64,000 nucleotides of DNA from Candidatus Parcubacteria bacterium (GCA_039796155.1 JBDKKJ010000009.1:15077-79076), one strand, 5' to 3'; counted from the first letter of the stretch, positions 9,445-18,385 are shown. A program made the numbers and translations. Notes: generated from the sequence alone by a model not told the origin.

Positions 9445-10755
9445 ATGTCACTGTTAAGAATGAAAAAACTATTTAAAAACATTGTTGTGAAGGTGCTTAC
9501 ATGGGAGGCAAAGGTTGCCTTGAAGAAGCATGCGCCTAAAATCATTGCCGTTACGGGTAATGTGGGTAAAACTTCGACCAAGGACGCAATATACGAAGTG
9601 GTTTCGTCTGCTTTTTCTGCACGTAAGAGCCAGAAGAGTATGAATAGTGAAATTGGACTTCCTTTAACTATTTTGGGACTTGATAATGCGTGGGGGTCTC
9701 TTGGTGGTTGGGTTTCAAATCTCTGTGAGGGTTTTAAAGTAGCCTTTTTTGCAAAAGATTTTCCGGAATGGCTTGTGCTCGAGGTGGGTGCTGATCATCC
9801 GGGGGATATTGAATCTGTTTCGCACTGGCTTTTCCCTGATGTGGTTGTTTTGACGCGTATGTCTGATGTGCCAGTGCATATGGAGTACTTTACTGACGCT
9901 GCCGCAGTGCTTCGCGAGAAAATGTTTTTAGCGCAGGCACTCAAGCCAACAGGAACATTGATTGTAAACTCAGACGATCCTCTCTTTATGAAAGCGACAC
10001 AGAGCATGCCGTGTACCAAAGTATTCTATGGAGAAGCACAGGGATCACTCGTTCAGATTATTGAATCAAAAGTAGTCTATGGAGACGGAGCACTTCCATT
10101 GCCGGTGGGACAGGGGGCATTGATGAATATTAAAGGAGTGCAGGAGAATATTTCTCTTCATGGAGTGCTTGGTGCGCACCTTATGTACTCAATTGCTGCT
10201 GCATGTGCGGTGGGCAAAGTTCTTGGTATTGAATCAAAGTATTCGGGCGTATTTCGTGACTTTGAAACACCTCGTGGACGCATGAGAATCCTCCCAGGAA
10301 TCTCTGCTTCAGCCATTATTGACGATACCTATAATTCTTCTCCTTTAGCCTGTGCCGAGGCATTAAGAGCCCTTGGAAGCCTCTCAATTCGTGGTAGGAA
10401 GGTGGCAGTTCTGGCAGATATGAAAGAACTCGGGGACGAGGCGGAAAAGGCTCATAGGACCATTGGACGACGTGCTTTTGAATATCTCCATACCTTGGTG
10501 ACTGTTGGGGATATGGGCCGATTTATAGCCGAAGGAGCACGTGAAGCGGGAATGGCTAATGATCGAATACATTCATACCAGACTGCTGATGAAGCGGCTC
10601 TTGCGCTTGTTGATATGGTGCGGGCAGGGGATGTGGTACTTGTAAAGGGTTCGCAATCAATGCGCATGGAACGTGTTTCAAAAGCGCTTTTGGAGGACAA
10701 AGCAAAGGCGGAAGAACTCTTGGTGCGCCAAGAAAAAGAGTGGACGGTGCGGTAA
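9445..10755 (+). CDS. murF: UDP-MurNAc-tripeptide--D-Ala-D-Ala ligase (Mur ligase, MurF-like)
   Basis: Mur-ligase P-loop IIAVTGNVGKTSTKD plus central and C-terminal Mur ligase domains (DDTYNSSP; VLVKGSQSMRME). It follows ftsI. Confidence 0.82.
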   Translation: MSLLRMKKLFKNIVVKVLTWEAKVALKKHAPKIIAVTGNVGKTSTKDAIYEVVSSAFSARKSQKSMNSEIGLPLTILGLDNAWGSLGGWVSNLCEGFKVAFFAKDFPEWLVLEVGADHPGDIESVSHWLFPDVVVLTRMSDVPVHMEYFTDAAAVLREKMFLAQALKPTGTLIVNSDDPLFMKATQSMPCTKVFYGEAQGSLVQIIESKVVYGDGALPLPVGQGALMNIKGVQENISLHGVLGAHLMYSIAAACAVGKVLGIESKYSGVFRDFETPRGRMRILPGISASAIIDDTYNSSPLACAEALRALGSLSIRGRKVAVLADMKELGDEAEKAHRTIGRRAFEYLHTLVTVGDMGRFIAEGAREAGMANDRIHSYQTADEAALALVDMVRAGDVVLVKGSQSMRMERVSKALLEDKAKAEELLVRQEKEWTVR

Positions 10756-10799
10756 TTTTGGTGTAATTTGGTGGTTGTCGGTGCGCATGATGCGCGAAC

Positions 10800-10871
10800 G
10801 GCCCTATCGTCTAACGGTTAGGACATTGCCTTCTCAAGGCAGTAATCAGAGTTCGATTCTCTGTAGGGTCA
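10800..10871 (+). tRNA. tRNA-Glu (anticodon CTC)
   Basis: Manual cloverleaf. Acceptor ggcccta/tagggtc. D-arm tctaacggttagga. Anticodon stem ttgcc/ggcag with loop ttCTCaa (CTC at 10833-10835). T-arm cagag-ttcgatt-ctctg. Discriminator a. No CCA is encoded. Confidence 0.85.
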
Positions 10872-10957
10872 CAACGCTTTTAACCTTATTTATTAAGGTA
10901 ATTTTTGTAGCATTTTGAGAGTTCAGAACTTTAAGATTTTTTGATATAATTCAAATT

Positions 10958-11683
10958 ATGAAACTAATCACACTAAACACGTGGGGAGGTAGGATAAACC
11001 AGCCCTTACTTCAATTTATAAAAAACAATAACAATGTTGATATTTTTTGTTTTCAAGAAATGAACAACGGTGCCACTGAAGATATGATGGATTCACCACA
11101 AGAGGAAGACAAAAACCTTTTTACACATATTCAAGAAATACTACCGTATTTTACAGGATATTTTAGCCCTCAAGTGCCTGGTACAGGTCATGCTATTTTT
11201 ATAAAAAAAGAATTTAATGTAGACCATGTAGAGTTTCATCATATTTTAGATGAGCATGAAATAACAAATATGCCAGACCCATTTCCAAGAATTTTACAAT
11301 CTATACATCTTAAAGATAATCAATTAAGTGTATATAATTTTCACGGAGTACCTAAAGATGGGAAAAAAGATAATCCTGTAAGAGACCTTCAAACAACTAG
11401 AGTACTAGACATAATTAACAAAGACACAAATCCTAAAATTATTGTAGGAGATTTTAATTTAAATCCCGACACAAGAGCTATCGCTACGTTTGAAGCAATT
11501 TTCACAAATCAAATAAAAAAAAGTAGTTACATCACAACAAGAAGTCATTATTATGAAAAATTAGAAGATTTTCCTTTCGCAGATTATATTTTTACTTCTC
11601 CTGAAATACAGGTAAATCAATTCCAGGTTCTTAATGAAGAGGTCTCTGACCATTTGCCGTTACTGCTTGATTTTATTGTTTAA
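10958..11683 (+). CDS. Endonuclease/exonuclease/phosphatase (EEP) family protein
   Basis: MKLITLNTWGG..., FCFQE, GDFNL and a terminal SDHLPLLLDF, which are typical EEP motifs. The gene is visibly AT-rich compared with its neighbours. Confidence 0.8.
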   Translation: MKLITLNTWGGRINQPLLQFIKNNNNVDIFCFQEMNNGATEDMMDSPQEEDKNLFTHIQEILPYFTGYFSPQVPGTGHAIFIKKEFNVDHVEFHHILDEHEITNMPDPFPRILQSIHLKDNQLSVYNFHGVPKDGKKDNPVRDLQTTRVLDIINKDTNPKIIVGDFNLNPDTRAIATFEAIFTNQIKKSSYITTRSHYYEKLEDFPFADYIFTSPEIQVNQFQVLNEEVSDHLPLLLDFIV

Positions 11684-11892
11684 GATAAAACTAAACTCAA
11701 CTCTTTAATCCCTAATTCAATCCACTCCCTATCTTTAACAAGTTCTGAAAGCCACGCAGTGGGTTCACCAAGTTGAGGTTAGCTCGAGTCGCGTTAACGC
11801 TACGGATGTTTGAGTTTGCATAGAGCGGTAGTAATGTGTTTTGAAGACGAGTCACGGGCTCGAACTTTCTCGTTTTCGGCTATAATAAATAT

Positions 11893-12852
11893 ATGAACCC
11901 TGAAGAAAAATCCCTTGTAGCGATTCAAAGAGTATTTCCACAAGCCGCGATTGGTTCGGTGCTGAAATTCTCGAAAGGCCTGGCCAGCAGTGTATATAAG
12001 GTTGAGATACGTGATCCGAGTAAGATTTTGGCTGTTAAATTCTTCCCAAAAAAGATTGAATTAAGAGTTGAGAAAAGCTCACGAATCTCAAGTTACGTAA
12101 AAGAAAATGGCCTACCTTCACCTCAAACCTACGAACTGTTAAAGGGAGATAACGAGGGTTCTGTTGTTATGGATTGTTTGCCTGGTGAAGTCGCTTCCGA
12201 AGTATGGGAGACGGCATCTGTTGAAAATCAACAGATAATCTTGGTTAATTCTGGGAAGATGTTGGAGAAGATTCATGACCTTAAAATTCCTCCGTTTTGG
12301 ATTCACCAAAAACATGAAGTTGCCTCCCCAGGAGAATGGGTTGAGTGGACAAGGATGCGAATTCAAAAGTATCTAACGGCTGCGCAAGAGAATTTAGACA
12401 AGGATATTGTAGATTTCCTCAGAGGAAAATTCGCAAGATTGCAGGATCTCTACACGGCGCAGCCAAACTTTCGTTTCGTCCCGCTTCATTGGGACTATCA
12501 CTTTTCAAATATCAATGTTGATAGGCATTTCGAGATAAGTGGTATATTCGATTTTGATAATGCTATGAAAGGCCACGATATGGCCGACCTCGGACAAACA
12601 ATGTATTGGCTCGTGACTCAGCAAAAGATATCAAATATAGAGGTGTTTGAAAAATTCTTTATAGGCTACGGAGAGCTGTCGTCACTCGATCGCGAGTTCG
12701 TATACCTCCACTTCCTCCTTTTTCTTGCCGGTGTAACAAGGTCAACGTGGTCGAAAGAAAATCTGAAGTGGTTAAATGAGCTACATGTGGAGGTATTAAA
12801 GAAATGTGTTCAAGGAGAATATTGTATACATACCCCTGCTATACTTAAATAA
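11893..12852 (+). CDS. Aminoglycoside/choline-kinase-type phosphotransferase (APH family)
   Basis: Brenner-type catalytic loop PLHWDYHFSNINV and the metal-binding FDFDNAMKGHDMADLG. Confidence 0.75.
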   Translation: MNPEEKSLVAIQRVFPQAAIGSVLKFSKGLASSVYKVEIRDPSKILAVKFFPKKIELRVEKSSRISSYVKENGLPSPQTYELLKGDNEGSVVMDCLPGEVASEVWETASVENQQIILVNSGKMLEKIHDLKIPPFWIHQKHEVASPGEWVEWTRMRIQKYLTAAQENLDKDIVDFLRGKFARLQDLYTAQPNFRFVPLHWDYHFSNINVDRHFEISGIFDFDNAMKGHDMADLGQTMYWLVTQQKISNIEVFEKFFIGYGELSSLDREFVYLHFLLFLAGVTRSTWSKENLKWLNELHVEVLKKCVQGEYCIHTPAILK

Positions 12853-13193
12853 TGTCAGAGTTTAATTTTCAAATCCTTCACCAAGACCTTTTTCCTGATA
12901 GATCGACGGAACAATCCTTTACCTTTTCTAATCGTCCCACGGTCAAAGTTATTCTTTTAGATAGCGATAACAAAATATGCTTAACCTCTAAAAAAGGAAG
13001 CGGTTTTTATTTTCTTCCTGGAGGTGGCATAGAAAATACAGAAGATCCGATTCAGGCATTAAAGCGTGAGTGTCTCGAGGAGGCTGGTTGCCATGTTGAA
13101 GTAAAACGTAAAATAGTAACCATAAAATGTTTTAACGTTTACTTCTATCTGAGCGATAGCAAGCATGGCGTTTTTCAGAGCGTTTCGTTCTGA
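12852..13193 (+). pseudogene. NUDIX hydrolase, C-terminally truncated fragment
   Basis: NUDIX box LPGGGIENTEDPIQALKRECLEEAGC. Recognisable sequence ends near nt 13103. The remaining ORF tail is the antisense of the converging nrdB fragment. Confidence 0.6.
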
Positions 13194-13658
13194 TTCGGTG
13201 ACACGGACCTTAAAGTCCTGAATGTCGCTCGTGTAATTAAATTCTGTGTGTATCCAGTACGAGTGGCGGACAGCATCTACGTATTCTATGAGTTCAGGGT
13301 ATTCAAATGGCTTTAAATGAACTCGTTTTTTAAAAATATTGCGCTTGCGCAAGAGTGCGTACTCGTTTCGATATAAAATGTAGGCCTTTGCCACGTCGTG
13401 GAAATTGCTTTCCATGAGAGTTTGTTCGACGACGTCTTGGATATGTTCGACAGAAGGGCATTGTGCACATTCGTCGACCAGCTTTTCTTCAACTTTTTGT
13501 GCTACGAGGAGGGCATCGATAGCTGTTCCGTGCTTGGTGGCGTGCATGGACTTCTCCACAGCTCGAGTAATCTTTTTTAATTGAAAGGGGACAACGGATC
13601 CGTCGCGTTTAGTAATGGTCGTGAAGCGTGTATAGGGGGATTCAGTTGTTTTTTTCAT
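13059..13658 (-). pseudogene. ATP-cone domain fused to the N-terminal part of an RNR small subunit (NrdB-like), truncated
   Basis: ATP-cone (ITKRDGSVVPFQLKKITRAVEKS...VEHIQDVVEQTLMES...AKAYILYR), then an NrdB N-terminus (HSYWIHTEFNYTSDIQDF...TESERNALKNAMLAIAQIEVNVKTF). Similarity stops near nt 13125, so only about 185 aa of an expected 400+ remain. The likely start is ATG 13658. Confidence 0.6.
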
Positions 13659-13710
13659 AGATATTGTTATATTGATAGTCGTCAATGGATTATAATATAG
13701 ATACTCATCT

Positions 13711-14079
13711 ATGGAAAAGAAAAAAGGGGAAAAGTTAAATTTGGAAACAAAAAAAACCGGAGAGCAACACGAGACACGTCCGCGACCATCGTGGGTTCCT
13801 AAAACTGTTATGGGTGAAGAGGAGCTTTGCCCTGATTGTTTTAAAGTTGTAGGTGAACGAAGTCGCTATAAATTGGTCTGTATGCTCGGAAGGAGTAAAG
13901 AAGGAATGACTGTTGGTGAATTAACTGACGGATTAAAGTTAAAACAACCTACGGTGACGCATCATCTGCAGGTTTTAAAGTCTGTCTCTGCTGTTGAGAG
14001 CGAAAAATCAGGTCGAGAGCAGATATACCAGCTTAATCGAAGTGCACACTGCTTTGAGGAGTGTAAAATTCCTTTCTAA
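13711..14079 (+). CDS. ArsR/SmtB-family metalloregulator
   Basis: Winged HTH MTVGELTDGLKLKQPTVTHHLQVLKSVSAVESEKSGREQIY with an upstream CPDC pair. Confidence 0.8.
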   Translation: MEKKKGEKLNLETKKTGEQHETRPRPSWVPKTVMGEEELCPDCFKVVGERSRYKLVCMLGRSKEGMTVGELTDGLKLKQPTVTHHLQVLKSVSAVESEKSGREQIYQLNRSAHCFEECKIPF

Positions 14080-14099
14080 TAGTTATTGTTTATAGATAT

Positions 14100-14804
14100 A
14101 TGAAAAAAATATTGTACATAAAAGGCATGACATGCAATTCATGCAAGACAAAAATCGAGGATACACTAAAGAGCACTTCGGGAGTATCATCTTTTACAGT
14201 TGATTTTGAATCAGCTACAACGGCCGTTGATTTGGATGAGAGTGTGAGTGTTGATTCCATTAATACAGCGCTTGCACAAAAGGGGAAGTTTACGCTTTCT
14301 GATAAAAAACCTTTGGCGCTATTTAAAGTGTTAAAGAAATTCGCACCGTTGATCACCATGTTTGCTCTCGTAATCGCGTACACGGTATACGGACAAATCA
14401 GTATTGGTATGTTCTATCTTCACCATGCAATGGCAGATTTCATGGGCGCATTCTTTCTCTTGTTTGGTCTCCTCAAGGTCCTAAATATCCACAAGTTTGC
14501 TCCTTCATACGCAAAGTATGACTCGATTGCACAGAAGGTGCCTGCATGGGGCTATGTCTATCCATTATTTGAACTCGCATTTGCATATGCGTACTTTACT
14601 CAGACACACCTACTCCTTGTGAATTCAATGGTATTTGTTTTGATGTCGCTCAAGGCATATTCAGTTAATAAAAAACTTTCCAACGGAGAAAGTATTCAGT
14701 GTGCGTGTCTCGGAGGGTTCTTTAATATTCCTATTACTAGAGTTACGGTCGCAGAGGATGCTCTCATGGCAGTGATGGCATTTACCATGTTGTTTATTAA
14801 ATAA
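14100..14804 (+). CDS. Heavy-metal-associated (HMA) domain fused to a MauE/DoxX-like 4-TM membrane domain
   Basis: N-terminal IKGMTCNSCKTKIEDTL (the GMTCxxC HMA motif) followed by four hydrophobic segments. It lies directly downstream of ArsR. Confidence 0.7.
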   Translation: MKKILYIKGMTCNSCKTKIEDTLKSTSGVSSFTVDFESATTAVDLDESVSVDSINTALAQKGKFTLSDKKPLALFKVLKKFAPLITMFALVIAYTVYGQISIGMFYLHHAMADFMGAFFLLFGLLKVLNIHKFAPSYAKYDSIAQKVPAWGYVYPLFELAFAYAYFTQTHLLLVNSMVFVLMSLKAYSVNKKLSNGESIQCACLGGFFNIPITRVTVAEDALMAVMAFTMLFIK

Positions 14805-14940
14805 AAAAGACCGGGATAGTTCCGGATCTTGGGTTATTTGGCGGGCTCACAGATTTCGAGCCACTTACCAAACATGCATAACCGGTCAACGTTATTTCTG
14901 GCTATTGCTGTATCGTTTTAAAGAATTAGGTCAAACAAAA

Positions 14941-14975
14941 GAGCGGCGCCCTTCGGGCGCCGCTCTTTTGTTTTT
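14941..14975. terminator. Bidirectional intrinsic terminator
   Basis: Stem gagcggcgccc (14941-14951) / gggcgccgctc (14955-14965), flanked by aaacaaaa on the left and ttttgttttt on the right. Confidence 0.8.
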
Positions 14976-15168
14976 ATGCGTTGTACTTCTTTATCAGTGC
15001 CTGCAATTTTGTAATATGATCCTCTTTAGCCTTTTCAATTTCTTTCCAGAGAGCCATCATGTCATCTGAACCGACTGCTTCCTGCATGTACTGGTTTTTG
15101 ATGCGCCATACGCTCTTTGATTCCTGAACGAGCTGGTTCATCATATTAAAAAGATTGTTGCGTACCAT
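14974..15168 (-). CDS. Hypothetical small helical protein
   Basis: 64-aa ORF that ends at the bidirectional terminator. I recognise no family. Confidence 0.4.
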   Translation of the reverse strand: MVRNNLFNMMNQLVQESKSVWRIKNQYMQEAVGSDDMMALWKEIEKAKEDHITKLQALIKKYNA

Positions 15169-15215
15169 GAATGTGTTGCTAGGGAATAATGGTATTAGTA
15201 TATACCAAAATAATC

Positions 15216-15241
15216 AGGCCGGATGCTTGCGCATCCGGCCT
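15216..15241 (-). terminator. Intrinsic terminator
   Basis: Stem aggccggatgc / gcatccggcct with loop ttgc, T-rich on the minus-strand side. It lies just after the stop of the 15256-15564 ORF. Confidence 0.7.
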
Positions 15242-15255
15242 TGGTTGAGGATTGA

Positions 15256-15564
15256 TTACAGAAGAGACAATTGCTCTTCTTCTTTTCTCTCGAGAGCTGC
15301 AGCGACGTTTGCTCCGAAAGTGCGTTGACGTGTTGGTAAGCTGCCGCGATCAGTTTTGAGCTGATGAAGAATTATTTCTCTGAGTTCCTCGTACTCATCG
15401 ATACAATTAATCACAGCACCTTTTACTGCTTCAAAGAGAGCATAAGCCTCTCTTTGGGTGACGACGTAAAATGTGGCTGCTACCACTCCACATCTCTTTT
15501 CGAACATCACCCGTAGAACTTCACTGCCGTATTCGGCAATTACAGGATCTACATGTTTAATCAT
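15256..15564 (-). CDS. Hypothetical protein
   Basis: ORF with its own terminator. The likely start is ATG 15564 (MIKHVDPVIAEYG...). I recognise no family. Confidence 0.4.
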   Translation of the reverse strand: MIKHVDPVIAEYGSEVLRVMFEKRCGVVAATFYVVTQREAYALFEAVKGAVINCIDEYEELREIILHQLKTDRGSLPTRQRTFGANVAAALERKEEEQLSLL

Positions 15565-15734
15565 GGTTAAAAACTGTTTGAGCTGTTTGACCCAAACTAT
15601 ACACCCGTTAGCTCGTTTTGTCAATAGTAGGAAACACATTAGGCTACTTGGCAAGAGGTGTCCGTGTAGAAGGGAATAATCTCAAAACAAAAGCTCCGTT
15701 TGAATGGAGCTTTTGTTCTAGAGTCGATGAGTAC

Positions 15735-16187
15735 CTACACAAACAAACTATCTACCACTTCTTTAATATCTGAACCTTCTGCCTTACCTTTCAATTCCTT
15801 TGAAATTGCACCAATGAGTTTTCCTGCACCTGCTTTGTCAGTAACATTCATTTCTGCTTTCTTTGCGAGAGCAACTTTCATGATTTCTTCCTTTGGCATA
15901 GAAGCAGGGAGGTATGCCTGGAGAATTGCGAGCTCAGCCTGCTCGTCTGCTGCCAATTCCGGTCGTCCACCTTTAACAAACTGATCAATAGAATCCTTTC
16001 TCTGCTTTACGAGCTTCTTTACGGCCGCAAGTGTTTCCTCGTCAGTACCTTCTGTTGCGAAAGATCCCTTTGCAAGGAGTTCTTTTTGAATTTCAGCTGC
16101 AACACCACGGAGAACCATGGTCTTTGCTGAGTCCTTTGCTATCATCGCCGCCTTTGTATCTGCTTTTATTGTCTGATGTAATGTCAT
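15735..16187 (-). CDS. GatB/YqeY-domain protein
   Basis: From ATG 16187: MTLHQTIKADTKAAMIAKDSAKTMVLRGVAAEI...ELAILQAYLP...AGKLIGAISKELKGKAEG, the typical YqeY pattern. Confidence 0.8.
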   Translation of the reverse strand: MTLHQTIKADTKAAMIAKDSAKTMVLRGVAAEIQKELLAKGSFATEGTDEETLAAVKKLVKQRKDSIDQFVKGGRPELAADEQAELAILQAYLPASMPKEEIMKVALAKKAEMNVTDKAGAGKLIGAISKELKGKAEGSDIKEVVDSLFV

Positions 16188-16247
16188 ATATATGTATATA
16201 ATGCTTGTACGTATTCTAACACGAGTAAGCTCTGCTATAATATCCCT

Positions 16248-17354
16248 ATGCAAACAGCACTTATCGTCATTTTCGGCATCCTTATACTCGTTATCAATGC
16301 CGGGGTTCTTTTCTTTATAATGCGAAAGAAGGAAGATGTAAAGCAAGACGACGGTGCGATGAAGCTTCTCCTTGAGCAGATGAACAATTTGACGAGTACG
16401 GTTGACAAAAAAATTGGCGAGACAAATCGTTCAGTCACAGAATCAATGCGTGACCAGAGAAACGAATCACAAAAGTTTGCAGGGGACTCTATCCGCCTCG
16501 TTGACCAGTTTTTGCGCGAAATAAAGTCCGTTACTGAAAAGGTGACGCGTGTAGAAGAGACGGGTAAACAAATGGTTGGCTTTGCCGATCAGCTTCAGGG
16601 TCTTCAGGACATGCTTAAAAACCCAAAGCAACGTGGAGTGTTGGGTGAATACTACCTCGAGACACTGTTAAAGAACGTAATGACGCCTCGCGATTATCAG
16701 ATGCAGTATGCCTTTAAAGACGGCGAGATTGTTGATGCTATTGTACGTATTAAAGACAAGATTATCCCTGTTGACTCGAAATTCTCTCTTGAAAACTATA
16801 ATCGAATGATTGGAGAAAAGAACGAGGCTGAAAAAGAGCGCTACAAAAAAGCCTTTGTTAATGATCTCAAACTCCGCATAAAGGAAACTTCAAAATATAT
16901 TCGACCCGCTGAAGGCACGATGGATTTTGCATTTATGTTTATTCCGCACGAAGCAATTTATTATGATCTCCTTGTTAATACCGTCGGTGCTCTCGGCTCT
17001 CTTGGTGAGGATACTGAGAACCTTATTCAGCGATCTGTTAAAGAGTACAAAGTTATCATTGTTTCTCCAACATCATTCCTTGCATACCTTCAGACGGTGA
17101 TGCAGGGGCTCAAGGCAATGGAAATTGAAGAGAAGGCAAAGGACATTGTTCAGCGTGTAGGGGAGTTGGGTAAGCATCTGAAGACCTATGAGGACTATCA
17201 CAACAAGCTTGGTAATAACCTTGCGACAGTCGTAAATCAGTACCTTTTCTCTTCAAAAGAGCTCAAAAAGGTGGATAAAGATGTGCTCCGCATTACCGGT
17301 TCTGGGGCTGGTTTGGAGCCTATAATGATAGAAAAGCTCGAATTAGACGAATAG
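16248..17354 (+). CDS. rmuC: DNA recombination protein RmuC
   Basis: N-terminal TM plus coiled coil, then the RmuC nuclease-like core (IIPVDSKFSLENY; FMFIPHEAIYYDL; IIVSPTSFLAYLQTV). Confidence 0.85.
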   Translation: MQTALIVIFGILILVINAGVLFFIMRKKEDVKQDDGAMKLLLEQMNNLTSTVDKKIGETNRSVTESMRDQRNESQKFAGDSIRLVDQFLREIKSVTEKVTRVEETGKQMVGFADQLQGLQDMLKNPKQRGVLGEYYLETLLKNVMTPRDYQMQYAFKDGEIVDAIVRIKDKIIPVDSKFSLENYNRMIGEKNEAEKERYKKAFVNDLKLRIKETSKYIRPAEGTMDFAFMFIPHEAIYYDLLVNTVGALGSLGEDTENLIQRSVKEYKVIIVSPTSFLAYLQTVMQGLKAMEIEEKAKDIVQRVGELGKHLKTYEDYHNKLGNNLATVVNQYLFSSKELKKVDKDVLRITGSGAGLEPIMIEKLELDE

Positions 17355-17429
17355 ACTTGCGTTTTTAAGGCTCCTATGCGATAGTATACGGACAAAAGCC
17401 CTCTTTAGGGCTCTATAATTTTCCAAAAT

Positions 17430-17783
17430 ATGGCTACAACTAAGGCAAAAAACACTGTAACTTCTGACGCTTTCGCGGTTATCGCGACAGGTGGAAAGCA
17501 GTACAAGGTAAAGGTAGGTGACATCGTAAAGATTGAAAAGCTTTCTGGTGACCACAAAGTAGGTGACAAAGTTGTTTTCGACAACGTTGTTCTCCTCGAT
17601 GCAGCAGGCGAAACAAAGGTAGGTGCTCCTTTCCTCAAAGGAACTACAGTTTCAGCCGAGATCAAAGAAATCGGGCGAGATCCAAAGGTAGTTGTTATCC
17701 ACTACAAGCAGAAGTCTAAGTACTTCAAGAAGTATGGACACCGACAGCCTTTCTTCTCAGTTACAATCAACGCAATCGCGTAA
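17430..17783 (+). CDS. rplU: 50S ribosomal protein L21
   Basis: FAVIATGGKQYKVKVGDIVKIEKL...KVVVIHYKQKSKYFKKYGHRQPFFSVTI. Confidence 0.92.
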   Translation: MATTKAKNTVTSDAFAVIATGGKQYKVKVGDIVKIEKLSGDHKVGDKVVFDNVVLLDAAGETKVGAPFLKGTTVSAEIKEIGRDPKVVVIHYKQKSKYFKKYGHRQPFFSVTINAIA

Positions 17784-17794
17784 TACAAACATTC

Positions 17795-17822
17795 AAAAAA
17801 CCGCCCTCTGGTGGTTTTTTGT
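17795..17822 (+). terminator. Intrinsic terminator after rplU
   Basis: aaaaaaccgcc-ctct-ggtggtttttt. Confidence 0.7.
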
Positions 17823-18084
17823 TTGCGTGTAAGAGCTCCTCCTCTGGGCACTTTGGTACAACTCAGCATGCGCGAGCCTTGGAGGTGCCAAAGCTCATTT
17901 TGAGACTCAAGCGCAGAGGCGAAACATTGGTTGACACAAGTGTAGTAAAACCTTTTGTAAATGTACTCTGTCCAAGAGGTGTAGGGGTCCTCTAAGGACA
18001 GAGCGAAGAGCTTCACGGGAGAGGACGAGCGTTCGTAGTAAGGTACTAAGGAGAGAAAAAAAGGAGAGGTGATACCGCATAAAC

Positions 18085-18117
18085 AAAAAATCACAGAGAA
18101 CGCTCTCTGTGATTTTT
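18085..18117 (-). terminator. Intrinsic terminator (bidirectional shape) after the HTH gene
   Basis: Stem tcacagaga (18091-18099) / tctctgtga (18104-18112), flanked by an A-run and a T-run. Confidence 0.75.
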
Positions 18118-18118
18118 A

Positions 18119-18385
18119 TTACTCTCGCTCGCTTCGTACTATCAACTTTCGTGCGATTATTTTCTTGCGAGTGATCCCGGTTCGAGGTTTTGCTTTAGTG
18201 GGGAGGGAACCGCTCTCGATATCCTGGACCAACTTCTCGAGATCCTCAGTTTTGTAGATTCGATAGTTCGACATAGGGTGTCGAGTTGTCGGAAGCTTGC
18301 CCGACTTATCCCAATTTCGAAGAGTCAGAGGTGTTACCCCTAGGAATACTGCCGCCTCTTTAATTGTCATAAACTTGCCAGACAT
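18119..18385 (-). CDS. Small MerR/excisionase-type helix-turn-helix protein
   Basis: From ATG 18385: MSGKFMTIKEAAVFLGVTPLTLRNWDKSGKLPTTRHPMSNYRIYKTEDL. It has the same HTH type as the N-terminus of the giant ORF. Confidence 0.65.
   Translation of the reverse strand: MSGKFMTIKEAAVFLGVTPLTLRNWDKSGKLPTTRHPMSNYRIYKTEDLEKLVQDIESGSLPTKAKPRTGITRKKIIARKLIVRSERE

Noticed and set aside
9369-9581. A 70-aa minus-strand ORF across the ftsI-murF spacer.
   Set aside because: It is antisense to the murF start and to the structured element. It has no start context and no homology pattern.
11684-11892. The spacer between the EEP and APH genes was inspected for a tRNA fragment or att repeat (it contains gggctcgaac).
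   Set aside because: There is no convincing match to the tRNA-Glu 3' end (gttcgattctctgtagggtca) and no cloverleaf can be drawn.
17702-18094. A 130-aa minus-strand ORF.
   Set aside because: It overlaps the 3' end of rplU in antisense and crosses its terminator. Its composition is Cys/Tyr/Phe-rich and it resembles no known protein.
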